Shown: positions 22,238 to 32,288, numbered from the stretch's first letter. The stretch: 64,000 bases of DNA from an uncultured delta proteobacterium (GCA_963730275.1 CAVSRI010000031.1:323-64322), one strand, 5' to 3'. The notes: generated by a model not told the origin, from the sequence alone. Made by a program: numbers and translations.

Positions 22238-23020
22238 ATGGTTTTTGAACAAAAAAATGCCGAACTACCAGAACAACGACTGGAAACGTCGTTGGGGCAT
22301 TACATTTTTTCACGGCAAAAGGAACTGATCCTGGATTTAGTGGCTCCGCACGCCGGTGAAAGGGTGCTGGACGTGGGTTGCGGCACGGGTAATCATCTGC
22401 AGTTTTTCCGGGAAAAATGGTGTTCCGTAACAGGAATTGATCCCTGCGCGGAAGCATTGAACATTGCCCGATCTAAATTAGGAGAAAATGCCGAATTGCT
22501 TGTCGGTAAGGCCGAAGATATTCCTTTTTCCGACGACGACTTTGATATTGTAACCTTGATTAACATTCTGGAGATCGCCAATAATCCACAGAAAGTAATC
22601 GCGGAAGCGATCAGGGTTTGCCGCAATCGTGTTTTTATCGGGTTCTTAAATAACTTTTCCTTTGCGGGGACAAAACAGCGGCTCAAAGAACTATCTGGTT
22701 TTCCCCTTTCTCAAAAAATACGTTTTTTTAGTTTGAGCGAAATTAAAATCATGGTGGGAAGTTTAATTGGCGACGTGGCCATTAAATGGGGCAGTGTTAT
22801 TTATTTCCCCGGCATTTTTTACGGCTTTTCCGAAGAGTTGGAAGAATTATTTCCTCTGGAAAAAAATCCACTGGGAGCTTTTGCCGGTCTTACCTTTCCC
22901 GTAAAATACACTTACAGAACAGTTCAAAGCCCCGTTATGGAATCATTTAAGTTAAATGCCGAAGCCCCAGCCTCGGCTCCCGGTACTGTCCGGAACATGT
23001 TACAAGAGACCCATAAATGA
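22238..23020 (+). CDS. Class I SAM-dependent methyltransferase
   Basis: VLDVGCGTGNH motif I. Start is uncertain: the ORF opens at 22175 and Met 22238 is chosen here. Confidence 0.7.
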   Translation: MVFEQKNAELPEQRLETSLGHYIFSRQKELILDLVAPHAGERVLDVGCGTGNHLQFFREKWCSVTGIDPCAEALNIARSKLGENAELLVGKAEDIPFSDDDFDIVTLINILEIANNPQKVIAEAIRVCRNRVFIGFLNNFSFAGTKQRLKELSGFPLSQKIRFFSLSEIKIMVGSLIGDVAIKWGSVIYFPGIFYGFSEELEELFPLEKNPLGAFAGLTFPVKYTYRTVQSPVMESFKLNAEAPASAPGTVRNMLQETHK

Positions 23021-24054
23021 TTCGCGAAGCCCTTCTCTACGAAAAGCTCGATAATAAGCGCGTACATTGTAATTTATGCGCACATAAATGCACAATTAAA
23101 CCGGATAAACGAGGCATCTGCGGAGTAAGGGAAAATAAAGAAGGCCTTCTTTATTCGTTGGTTTACGGAACGCTGATTGCCAAAAACATTGATCCTATCG
23201 AAAAAAAACCTTTTTTCCATGTTTATCCGGGCTCTTTTTCCTACTCCATCGCTACCGTCGGATGCAATTTCAGTTGTGAATTCTGCCAGAACCATGAAAT
23301 TTCGCAGATGCCGCGCTCCACGCTTATGATAGCAGGTCAAGATATTATGCCCGACGAAATTGTGTCAAGGGCGAAAAAAAGCAGCTCGAAAACAATCGCC
23401 TATACTTACACTGAACCGACGATTTATTTTGAATTGGCATATGATACCGCAAAGATTGCCCATGAAAATGGTTTAAAAAATGTGTTTGTCACCAATGGCT
23501 TTATGACTCCAGAGGCAATTGATACAATCACTCCTTTTTTAGCCGCCGCTAACGTGGATTTGAAATCTTTCCGTGATGATTTTTATAAGAAACAGTGCGG
23601 AGCAAGGCTCAAACCAGTTTTGGAAAGTCTGAAAAAAATGAAGGAGCTGGGAATTTGGGTGGAAATAACTACGCTGCTTATCCCCGCTTTGAATGACAGC
23701 GATGAAGAACTTAAAGATATTGCGCAATTTATTGCCGGATTGGGAAAAGAAACTCCCTGGCATATCAGCCGCTTTCATCCGCAGTTTAAAATGAACAACT
23801 TACAGGTAACCCCTGTGGCCGCACTGCATCGGGCGGTGAAAATCGGAAAACAGTCTGGATTGAAATACGTGTACAGTGGCAATATACCCGGGGATGAAGG
23901 GGAAAGCACGTACTGCTTTAATTGTCAGAAACTTCTGATTGAACGTTATGGCTTTAAAATCATAAGCATCAATCTAACCAGGAATAAATGTTCCAACTGC
24001 GGGACCGAATTGGAAGGCATTTTTAGTGAGACTCAGGTCGCAGGAACGAAGTGA
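23017..24054 (+). CDS. amrS: AmmeMemoRadiSam-system-type radical SAM enzyme (PflA-like activase fold)
   Basis: VHCNLCAHKCTIKPDKRGICGVREN at the N-terminus and GCNFSCEFCQN (CxxxCxxC). Start overlaps the previous gene by 4 nt. Confidence 0.8.
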   Translation: MIREALLYEKLDNKRVHCNLCAHKCTIKPDKRGICGVRENKEGLLYSLVYGTLIAKNIDPIEKKPFFHVYPGSFSYSIATVGCNFSCEFCQNHEISQMPRSTLMIAGQDIMPDEIVSRAKKSSSKTIAYTYTEPTIYFELAYDTAKIAHENGLKNVFVTNGFMTPEAIDTITPFLAAANVDLKSFRDDFYKKQCGARLKPVLESLKKMKELGIWVEITTLLIPALNDSDEELKDIAQFIAGLGKETPWHISRFHPQFKMNNLQVTPVAALHRAVKIGKQSGLKYVYSGNIPGDEGESTYCFNCQKLLIERYGFKIISINLTRNKCSNCGTELEGIFSETQVAGTK

Positions 24055-24400
24055 ATAACCTAAAGGTCACACGCTGCAATCTGTAAGCCGAATCAATAAA
24101 ACTCAGATATTACAAGCGCAGCGAAGTAATATCTGTTAGCTGAATTGATCCCGCCGAAGGCGGAGGGTATCGCACGATACCCGTGGTTAATGGAACTCAA
24201 ATATTATCCCGTTACGGGATGTCGTGTCTTTGAAAATAGCCTTTGGTTCCTTTCAGAGGTGCTCGACAAACGCAGTGTAGTAATATTTGCAAGTTGAATT
24301 ATCACGCCATAGGCGGAGGATATCAAAGATATCCGTGGTATCCCGATGGCGTAGCCTATCGGGACTAATGGCACTAAGAACAAATCACTTTATCAAAGGC
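24046..24400 (+). repeat. Repeat family A, longest copy (two tandem sub-units, multi-hairpin)
   Basis: Starts inside the last codons and stop of amrS (gaagTGAataac). Sub-units at about 24100-24190 and about 24260-24345 share gcag.g.agtaatat.tg..ag.tgaatt.atc.cgcc.aaggcggagg.tatc...gata.ccgtgg. Hairpins: cagatattac/gtaatatctg, ccgcc/ggcgg, ggtatc/gatacc. Confidence 0.6.
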
Positions 24401-24482
24401 TGCCACCATCTCTGCAATATCAAGTTTTGGGGGAGGACTCGTAATTATAATTGGTAATGATCACCCTGGGATCCATCTTTCC

Positions 24483-24520
24483 TTGACAGACAGGAACTCT
24501 ATCCGCATACTTCCGTATGC
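24483..24520 (+). promoter_or_regulatory. Putative sigma-70 promoter with an overlapping palindrome upstream of mop
   Basis: TTGACA (24483-24488), 17-nt spacer, CATACT (24506-24511). Palindrome gcatac-ttcc-gtatgc at 24505-24520. Confidence 0.4.
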
Positions 24521-24555
24521 TATTGAAGCAAATTCTTGTCTAAAAGGGGGGCACC

Positions 24556-24765
24556 ATGAGGATAAGTGCGCGTAATGTACTGAAGGGGAAAATAATCAAA
24601 GTTATAAGTGGGGCTGTGAATACAGAAATACTTTTAGAACTTCCGGGCGGAGAACAATTGGTTTCGATCATTTCCAAAGAATCCGCAACAAAGCTCGATT
24701 TGAAATCTGGTAGGGCAGCATACGCGGTTATAAAGGCTTCCAATGTAATGATAGCTGTCGATTAA
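24556..24765 (+). CDS. mop: Molybdenum-pterin-binding protein Mop (TOBE domain)
   Basis: 69 aa. MRISARNVLKGKIIKVISGAVNTEILLEL...AVIKASNVMIAV is the classical molbindin pattern. Confidence 0.8.
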   Translation: MRISARNVLKGKIIKVISGAVNTEILLELPGGEQLVSIISKESATKLDLKSGRAAYAVIKASNVMIAVD

Positions 24766-24962
24766 AAGCCTTTAGTCTCGTAGCCTGAATTCAAGTTCAA
24801 GCCCATTGACTTTCCACTGGCAGGTGGGTATTTTGTCCACAAATGGTTACTAAAATTGGATACTTATTACCCATATTTATGTCTTCAAAAGAAACTTACT
24901 GATCATTGCAAAATTATAATATTAATATTAATTCAATATGTTGCACTTTAAAATGATATGAC

Positions 24963-24978
24963 TGGCACATCCCTTGCT
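24963..24978 (+). promoter_or_regulatory. Sigma-54 (-24/-12) promoter
   Basis: TGGCAC-atccc-TTGCT matches the consensus TGGCAC-N5-TTGCW exactly. It lies about 120 nt upstream of ATG 25101. Confidence 0.6.
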
Positions 24979-25100
24979 TTTAATTATTACGTAAGATATA
25001 TCTAAAACTCATAAAAAGAGAAAGAATAATCAACAACGGGGAAAAACCATCCTTTTGTGACGATCATTTCTCTGGTCTTTAACTACGAAGGAGGACATAA

Positions 25101-25709
25101 ATGATGATGTCAATCGGGAAGATGACGACAGGAAAGCATGTACCGAAAAGGTGGTTATCAAGAGCAATCCTTCGGCTTTTGCTTTTCTTATTAATCCTTG
25201 CTCTGACTGCATGTTATCCTGCAACTTATCGTGAGGTGCCCAGCACAAGCCCAGCCCCAAGGGCTCCCCTTACCCAGGTCTATTTTTACCCGAAAGAGGG
25301 TCAGACAACCGAGCAGCAGTCGCGTGACCACTATGAATGTTACAACTGGGCGGTGCAACAGACCGGCTTCGATCCGAGTCAGTCCTCGATTCCGCCCGAG
25401 CGTCGCGTCAAAGTGGTGCCGATGCCTCCGCCGGGGCATGATACCGCTATTCTGGCGATCGCCGGTGCGGTACTGGGTGCATTAATAGCCGGTCCGAGGC
25501 ATGCAGGTGCTGGCGCTTTGATTGGTGCAGGGAGCGGAGCTGTCGTCGGTGCTGCATCAGATGTATCGCGGCAGCAGCAAGCCCGGCAGATGGAAGAAGC
25601 TTATGCCAATCGTGATCAGGCGCTCGATGCCCGCTATGAGGGTGAGGCGCGTGACTTCCGGCGGGCAATGTCCGCTTGTCTCGAAGGCCGCGGGTATAGT
25701 GTGAAGTAA
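25101..25709 (+). CDS. Lipoprotein with a glycine-zipper segment and a Cys-containing conserved module
   Basis: Lipobox LALTAC. Glycine zipper AIAGAVLGALIAGPRHAGAGALIGAGSGAVVGAA. GGAGG RBS upstream. Confidence 0.6.
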   Translation: MMMSIGKMTTGKHVPKRWLSRAILRLLLFLLILALTACYPATYREVPSTSPAPRAPLTQVYFYPKEGQTTEQQSRDHYECYNWAVQQTGFDPSQSSIPPERRVKVVPMPPPGHDTAILAIAGAVLGALIAGPRHAGAGALIGAGSGAVVGAASDVSRQQQARQMEEAYANRDQALDARYEGEARDFRRAMSACLEGRGYSVK

Positions 25710-25751
25710 GGAAGACTAAAAACTATATTTAATTCTATGGAGGTAATTACC

Positions 25752-26428
25752 ATGTCATGTATTCGGAATACGAGTCGGTACCTTGTGATCGGGCTTATGC
25801 TGATAGTGTTGTCGGGGATTATGCTTTTCGGGTTTACGCAGGTGGCAAGTGCGGAAGGGCGCGGCGTTCGGTCGTCACGAGGTCATGGATTCGCGTCACG
25901 GCCATAACCATGCCTACCCGGCACGCGGTCAGCACTTTGAAAGGTTGCCCAGCGGCTACCGGGCTGTATTTTATGGCCGCTCACAATATTTTTTCTACGG
26001 AGGTGTCTGGTACCGCCCATACGGTCCACGCTTCGTTGTCATTGCACCCCCGTTCGGCCTTGTAGTTCCCTTTTTGCCACTATACTACACGACACTCTGG
26101 GTAGGCGGTGTACCTTACTATTATGCCAATGAAGTATATTATACTCAAACCGCGGGCGGTTACATGGTTGCTGAACCACCGAAGGGTGAAGCCACGCAGC
26201 CACCGAGTGACAACAAGACAGATTTTCATCTATCCCCGCAAAGGTCAGAACGATCAGCAACAGGCTAAAGATCGTTACGAGTGCCACAGCTGGGCTGTGG
26301 GCCAGACAAATTACGACCCGACTCAGCCGACAGGCAGTGTTCCCGAAGCTCAGCCGAACCAGAAGCGCGCAGATTATGACCGTGCGATGGGTGCCTGTCT
26401 GGATGCCCGGGGATATACCGTGAAATAA
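25752..26428 (+). CDS. Secreted Tyr/Pro-rich protein, paralogous C-terminal module to 25101-25709 (two frame breaks)
   Basis: ATG 25752 with a ggagg RBS gives the signal peptide MSCIRNTSRYLVIGLMLIVLSGIMLFGFTQVASA. The body is in ORF 25849-26268 (GVWYRPYGPRFVVIAPPFG...GGVPYYYANEVYYTQ). The C-terminus is in ORF 26108-26428 (IFIYPRKGQNDQQQAKDRYECHSWAVGQT...AMGACLDARGYTVK). Frame changes occur near 25865 and 26215. Confidence 0.55.
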
Positions 26429-26869
26429 CTGAAGAATGCCATTTCTGGTTCTGCTGCTGCTGAAAGATTACCCGGCTCGATAACTCAAATTTAGGAGAAG
26501 TGGGTTCCGACAATCCAAGGCATATTCACAGAGCCGCAACTTAAGTGTGGAAGCCACATAAGGAGTAAATCCAGCATAGTGAATTTTTTCAGGACATATC
26601 ATTGAAGCAGCTAACCATTTATCTTTCCAGTAGCATGTGTGGACTTGGGGTGAAGTCAACAACCGGTTGGGGCTTAATTTGACAGTGTTTGTAAAGTCGA
26701 ATATCATTCAACACGTTTGTCCTGAGTCAAACACTAATAAATGTCACATAATCCGTTTTCTTGACAGGGGCGCTTTCATCGTATACTCAAAGAATAAATG
26801 AGCGAGTTCTTATCAAATTTTCTGAAGGCAAATGTAAATTTCTCTTCTGTGGATTAAAAAGGAGAAAAA

Positions 26870-27799
26870 ATGATTATTGACATTCACCGCCACTTCGTGG
26901 CTAAAGAGTGGTCTTCCGAAAATTGTTGGAAAAACTACGCCCGCATGATTCAGCTAATAACGTCCCGCCGTGGTTTATCGTTTTCTCTGGAAGATATTCA
27001 AGCGAAAATCTTTCCTCGATATTTTGATATTACCGGAGAAAAACATCTGGAACAAATGGAGAAAGCCGGAATTGATAAGACGGTTGTTTTTCTTTTTGAT
27101 ACCGGTCTTTTAACGGGAGAACCGGAAGTTTCTATCGAAAAACAAAATGAAATTATTTTCCAGGCCGCCAAAAAGTATCCCGATAAAATTATCCCTTTCG
27201 TGCATATTGATCCTAGGAGGCGAGGCGCCATAAAGTTTGTTAAGAAATGCGTCGAAGAATGGGGCGCAAAAGGATTAAAACTGCATCCGGGTGCCGGATT
27301 CAATCCGGAAGAATCGGCAACGTTAAAGCTCGTCGAATCAATCGCGGATTATGGAATTCCGGTGATAACGCATACCGGACCCAGTATTGTTCCCACGTCC
27401 AGCAGATACTGCGACCCGATTTATCTGGACAAGATGTTGCTCAGCTTTCCGGAAGTTAATGTCATCGCCGCCCATATGGCTTATGGGTATCGACTGCAGC
27501 TTTGTTCCTTCGGGTGGCAAAGGCCGAACCTCTATACCGATATTTCGGTTGCGCAGGATATAGCCAAAACGGATTATTCGAAATTCGCCCGAACGATCCG
27601 GGAGGTAGTGGACGCTTTTGGACCGGAAAGAGTCTTGTTCGGTACGGATGGCCCCTTTACCTGGGGCGTGCTATCGGAGAAAGATTTTGTTACAGCCGTA
27701 AAAGATTTGGCAACCAAAGCGCCGGATGACGCCAGATTTACCGCCAGCGAAATTGAAATGCTTCTCGGAATGAACGCCAAAAACCTGCTTAATATCTGA
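26870..27799 (+). CDS. Amidohydrolase family protein (TIM-barrel metal-dependent hydrolase)
   Basis: MIIDIHRHF N-terminal His pair; also HPGAGF, ITHTG and FGTDGP. Confidence 0.8.
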   Translation: MIIDIHRHFVAKEWSSENCWKNYARMIQLITSRRGLSFSLEDIQAKIFPRYFDITGEKHLEQMEKAGIDKTVVFLFDTGLLTGEPEVSIEKQNEIIFQAAKKYPDKIIPFVHIDPRRRGAIKFVKKCVEEWGAKGLKLHPGAGFNPEESATLKLVESIADYGIPVITHTGPSIVPTSSRYCDPIYLDKMLLSFPEVNVIAAHMAYGYRLQLCSFGWQRPNLYTDISVAQDIAKTDYSKFARTIREVVDAFGPERVLFGTDGPFTWGVLSEKDFVTAVKDLATKAPDDARFTASEIEMLLGMNAKNLLNI

Positions 27800-27872
27800 T
27801 TTTTTCAGCAGGTTGCATTTCATTGTTCCGATACGGCTCTGGATTTCCCTCTGTTAAAAGTTAACCACTGTT

Positions 27873-28706
27873 CTAAGCTCTTGCACGGGGTAAATCTGCC
27901 CGGGTTTTGGCGGCATAGGGATTATACACCCAATCAATATCCACGCATCCCAGTGTGATCCCCCGATGTCTTTTATATCCCGTAAAAACACTCCGAACCA
28001 GAACATCCTCCATGTCCAGGGTGAGGCCGAATACGGCAACGGAACAACCTTTACGCAGAACGTTTAATTCGTCTTGATAGGCTGAAAGAGAGAAGGCTAA
28101 CCTCGTGCTGTCTGTCGCCTGACACTGAATGAGCGGTATAAGTACCGGGAAACCGTCTTTGTCGGTATAAGAGAGGAACTTGATGCTATCGAGACGGTTG
28201 AACAGGCCTTCGGCCCAGGGTTTTAAGATGTGCTGGGGGCGATTTTTTTGTTTGGCGGCGGACTTTGAGACCATCGTCAGAATTGATCCCAGACCGATCC
28301 GCACAAGGGGCAGAGACTCCCGGCCATAAGTCTCCACAAGATCCATGTAGTGCACAGTGTGAATACCGAAGTAGGCGTTGTACCGGAACATGGGCTTGTT
28401 GTTGAACATCTCGTAGTCTTCGCCATGAGTGGTTTTTCCGGTCCATAGAGCCTTCCCCCGCCAAAGGCTTCTATCCAAAGTCATGATAAGAAAGCCCGTC
28501 TTTGGGTTGGTCTCCACATTCTGTTTGCTTTGTCCTTCCGAGAATTGACCCCAGATGAGTTCGGTCGGAGTTTTTGCTTGCAGGGCTGTGATGAGGGTTA
28601 TATGGGGCAGACCTTCCGGATTTACGGTAGCGATCAACCCCACTTTGGCTTCGGGCTCAAAATGTTTCAGGTCATTTTCATCGAAACGCGTTAATTTCTT
28701 TTTCAT
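27873..28706 (-). CDS. Pyridoxamine 5'-phosphate oxidase-like (FMN-binding split-barrel) protein, two-domain
   Basis: VGLIATVNPEGLPHITLITAL is typical of the PNPOx-like fold. Its ATG overlaps the stop of the activase by 4 nt. Confidence 0.65.
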   Translation of the reverse strand: MKKKLTRFDENDLKHFEPEAKVGLIATVNPEGLPHITLITALQAKTPTELIWGQFSEGQSKQNVETNPKTGFLIMTLDRSLWRGKALWTGKTTHGEDYEMFNNKPMFRYNAYFGIHTVHYMDLVETYGRESLPLVRIGLGSILTMVSKSAAKQKNRPQHILKPWAEGLFNRLDSIKFLSYTDKDGFPVLIPLIQCQATDSTRLAFSLSAYQDELNVLRKGCSVAVFGLTLDMEDVLVRSVFTGYKRHRGITLGCVDIDWVYNPYAAKTRADLPRARA

Positions 28707-29761
28707 GCGTAACCTCCCTCACTTCTGCATTCGCGGGTATCGTTGTTGATGACACTTTTATGTGGCCTGTCTTCCATAGATTCTGTGGAGTCGGCATTTC
28801 TCATGGGTCCGCTCAAATGAATGATCTCGGTTTTGACCCCCGAATCCCGGGCCAGAGAAGCCAGGTTTCCAGCTTCTTCGGGGGAAATCAGACGGGTTTT
28901 TTTTAATGCCCAATCGATTCCCAAACTCTCGTATTTATGAATGCACAGGTTATTGAAGGTGCAAATCTCCCATCTGCCGACAATTTCTCCCAAGTGTTCC
29001 TTAATAAATACGCCGATGCCCTTGATGTTCTCTCGTGTGGCTGTGAAGTCCGGTATTAGAGGTGTACGTATCCAGAGCGCACCGGACAGTCCGCGCTCCT
29101 TCATGGAGCGACCAAGCCCGACAAGGTTTTCGAGTATTCTGGTATTGGAAACACCGGTGAATTTTTTATGTTTGTCCGGATCGATCTCCTTGAGATCATA
29201 CAGCACGAGATCTGTATATGGCAGGAGTGACTCCAGGGTCTCCCCTGAACATTGTCCGCAGGTATCCAGAGCTGTATGGATGCCGTTCTGTTGGAAAGCG
29301 GAAAGAAGCTCTTTGGTAAAAAGCGGCTGCATAGTTGGTTCGCCGCCCGATAATGTCACTCCGCCCCCTGACTTCTGGAAGTACACCTTGTCCTTCATAA
29401 CTTCACGCGCCAGATCATCGGGCTGGCAGTCTTCTCCGTAGGTATCCATGGCTGTTGATGGGCAGGCCGTAACACAAGCGGCGCAGGAATCGCACGTAAG
29501 TCTATCGATAACAATGCCGGCTTGTGCCATCGTCAGAGCCCCTTTCGAGCATGCCTCTATACAACTCCGGCAGCCAAGGCATCTGGTCTTTGCCCAATGC
29601 ACCTGCACTTGGGGTGAGATGCTTTCCGGATTATGGCACCAGACGCACGCAAGCGGACAACCTTTGAAAAAGATAGTACTCCTGATGCCCGGTCCGTCTT
29701 CGGTGGACATGCGCTGTATTCTCAGCATTGTTCCTGAAATGTTTTTTTCGGTTGCGCTCAT
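28703..29761 (-). CDS. Glycyl-radical enzyme activating protein (radical SAM with two ferredoxin-like clusters)
   Basis: GPGIRSTIFFKGCPLACVWCHNPES plus CLGCRSCIEAC and CDSCAACVTACP. Confidence 0.9.
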   Translation of the reverse strand: MSATEKNISGTMLRIQRMSTEDGPGIRSTIFFKGCPLACVWCHNPESISPQVQVHWAKTRCLGCRSCIEACSKGALTMAQAGIVIDRLTCDSCAACVTACPSTAMDTYGEDCQPDDLAREVMKDKVYFQKSGGGVTLSGGEPTMQPLFTKELLSAFQQNGIHTALDTCGQCSGETLESLLPYTDLVLYDLKEIDPDKHKKFTGVSNTRILENLVGLGRSMKERGLSGALWIRTPLIPDFTATRENIKGIGVFIKEHLGEIVGRWEICTFNNLCIHKYESLGIDWALKKTRLISPEEAGNLASLARDSGVKTEIIHLSGPMRNADSTESMEDRPHKSVINNDTRECRSEGGYA

Positions 29762-29770
29762 CGAACGACC

Positions 29771-32288
29771 CTACAGAGACCCGTGGCTGATTCTGGCAAT
29801 GACTTCGTCCTGCAATTCTCGTCCGATACTTGTGAAATAGGCGTTGTATCCCGTGATCCGAACCAAGAGTGAGCGGTAGTCTTCCGGCCTCTTCTGGGCG
29901 TCACGCAACATGTCGGCATCCAGCATATTGATCTGCAGAGCACTTCCTCCGTTTTCCATATAGCCCTTAAGAAAGGCTTTGAACTTATCCCTGTGTTCCG
30001 GGCTGTTGATGAGAGCGGGATTAATGGTGATGGTGTGGCTCGCGCCGTTAGGAAGACAATTGTAATATCCCTCGAAAATCGCCCCTGCCTTCCGTATCTT
30101 TGCCGCCCAGGACTTTACCCACGGAGTTGGTATTGGCTGTGGGACCGTTGATATCAGCCCCATTGGAAGGACATATGGCGTTCGACAGAAATCTGCCCTT
30201 GGGTCTGCCGTCGGGGCTTGCCGGCAGAATAAATCCGTCGCCCACCCAGTAATTCCAGCTTAACATGCCGGGGCGGAACTGCCGGTTGGTGGAGTGGGTT
30301 TTATGCTTCCAAGTCTCTTCGCTCCAAAGGTCCATGACGGCTTTGGCCAGGGCATCCGCGTCGTTGTTATCCTGGCCGTATTTGGGGGCCTTGAATCGGG
30401 CTTTAGCCTGCAGCTTTTCATAACCTTGCCAGTTGGCTTTTAGTGCATCAATAAGTTCGGCCATAGTGCATTCTTTTTTGTCGAATACCAGATATTTAAC
30501 AGCCAAAAGCGAATCAACGGTAGTGGCAAATGCTATCGCCTCCAGTGTCGTGAAGCTCAGTTCAGCACCTCCTTCAGTGATATCCAGCCCCTTTTCCGCG
30601 CAACCCTTGACCAGGCAGGAAAGGTAAGGTGTAGGGCAAAACAAAGCCCTGATGGATTCCGATTTTTCATAGAGCTCTGCACAGCGTTTAATTATAAACC
30701 GGGTTTGTTCGGCATAGGATTTCCAAAACTGCTCCCAGGTAGCAAATGCCGTAGAGTCGCCCGTCTTGGGGCCGTCCTGCTTGATCTTTTCGCTCTTCCC
30801 CGTGATCGGGTCGACAAACACATGAAAATCTTTGCCGCTATTCAGAGCAAGCTCCACGGCCTTCAGCAGGTTGAGGTTATTGTCCACCGTGCCGGATCGA
30901 TCGTTGCCTTGCATGGTATTTTCCAGGCAGCCAACCGGCGCGTAGTCGTGTACATTGTTTTCGTTGATGAGATGGGTAATGCCTGCCTTCCTGGCCTCGT
31001 GCATCATTCCGGCCATGGAGCGCTCATCAAAGTTGAGCAGGAACGGCGCGCCCTGACTCACCGAAATCATATCCACCACCTTGTTCAAAAGTGCCTCCGG
31101 AGAGCCCCGATGAAGGCGCACGTTGGGTTTGGGCTCCAGGATAGGCGACATTTCATCAATAACTTCCAGCATGGCATAAGTTAAATCGTTAGTCATGTCC
31201 TTACCGCCGGGTCCTGCACCCGCAAGTGTGATAAGCTGGCCATAACCCGAGGTAATGCCTTGATTGCCGATGCGGATCATGGCGTCATAGACCGTATTGG
31301 CGTGAATCCAGAAACATTTCAGTATTTCCTTGCCGAACTCTCTATCCATGCCGTTTTTCAATGAGTATTGCCAGTAGGGCAGCAGGTACTGATCGATCCT
31401 TCCGAAGGAAACGCCCGGTCCCGGATAGTTTTCATCGCTCATGACCAGCATATGCGTGAGCCACAAAGACTGCACGGCCTCCCAGAAATCTTGGGCCGGC
31501 TCCCAGGGGACCCGGTGTAAATTTTTCGCCATCTGCGTAAGCTCGTCCCTGCGGATTGCATTTTTCTCCGTTGCGGCGAGTTTTTCGCATAGGCTTGCGT
31601 ATTTTCCGGCCAGTTCTCCGGGCATGGCGGCGGCTGTTATCATGGCCCGTAATTGGGTGCCTCTTTTGCTTTTCTTGTCTTTCGGGGACAGAGCGTTGTA
31701 TCTTTCTTCCAGGTCTTTGCAGACTCCTTTCCAGCCGATTTTCAGCGCCCGTTCGTATCCGGGAATAAGGTGACCGCTGGTGGCTCCCGAATTGCCGTAG
31801 CCATGATCGTGGAACCACTTCATCTGCGCACGCACGCCCTTCTTGCCGTAGATGAGCCTGTCGCGTTCTTTTGCTTCTTTTTCGTTCCAGCACATGGATG
31901 TCTGGAGATTGAAACGGCCGCCCGCAATAAGGTCACCCGGCAGAATTTCCTGGGGGACATATTTCACCATCACCTCTTTGACGAACCAGGCCTTGCGTTC
32001 AGGCAGGCTCCAGGACCAAAAATCCGGATGCAGTTTTACTGGTTTCGCGTTCTGCTGCATGGAGATGCGGAAAGGTTGGAGAAAGGGATATGTTTCGGGT
32101 ACAATATAGAAGGTCATCTCATCGAATTGCACATCCCACGGGGTGCCTGTGCTCCAGGCACTGAACTCGTTATTCCAGGCGCGGCTCACCCCCTGGAAAT
32201 AGTAATCCCTTAACCAGGTTATTCGCGGGGAAAGGTTTTTGGGTTCCTTTATCTTCTGAACCGTCTTACGTACTGCTGACGTATTCAT
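29771..32288 (-). CDS. Glycyl radical enzyme, PFL2/glycerol-dehydratase-like family (frame break at G-run 30082-30085)
   Basis: ORF 30048-32288 (746 aa) carries the Cys loop VGCLENTMQG. ORF 29771-30163 carries the glycyl radical motif LLVRITGYNAYF. Removing one G from GGGG joins them (..GRAIFEGYYNCLPNG..). Confidence 0.9.

Noticed and set aside
26468-26707. A 79-aa ORF in the gap after the GC-rich island was considered as a possible transposase fragment.
   Set aside because: I recognise no transposase motif (DDE or HTH), there are no inverted repeats, and there is no RBS. It is left unannotated.
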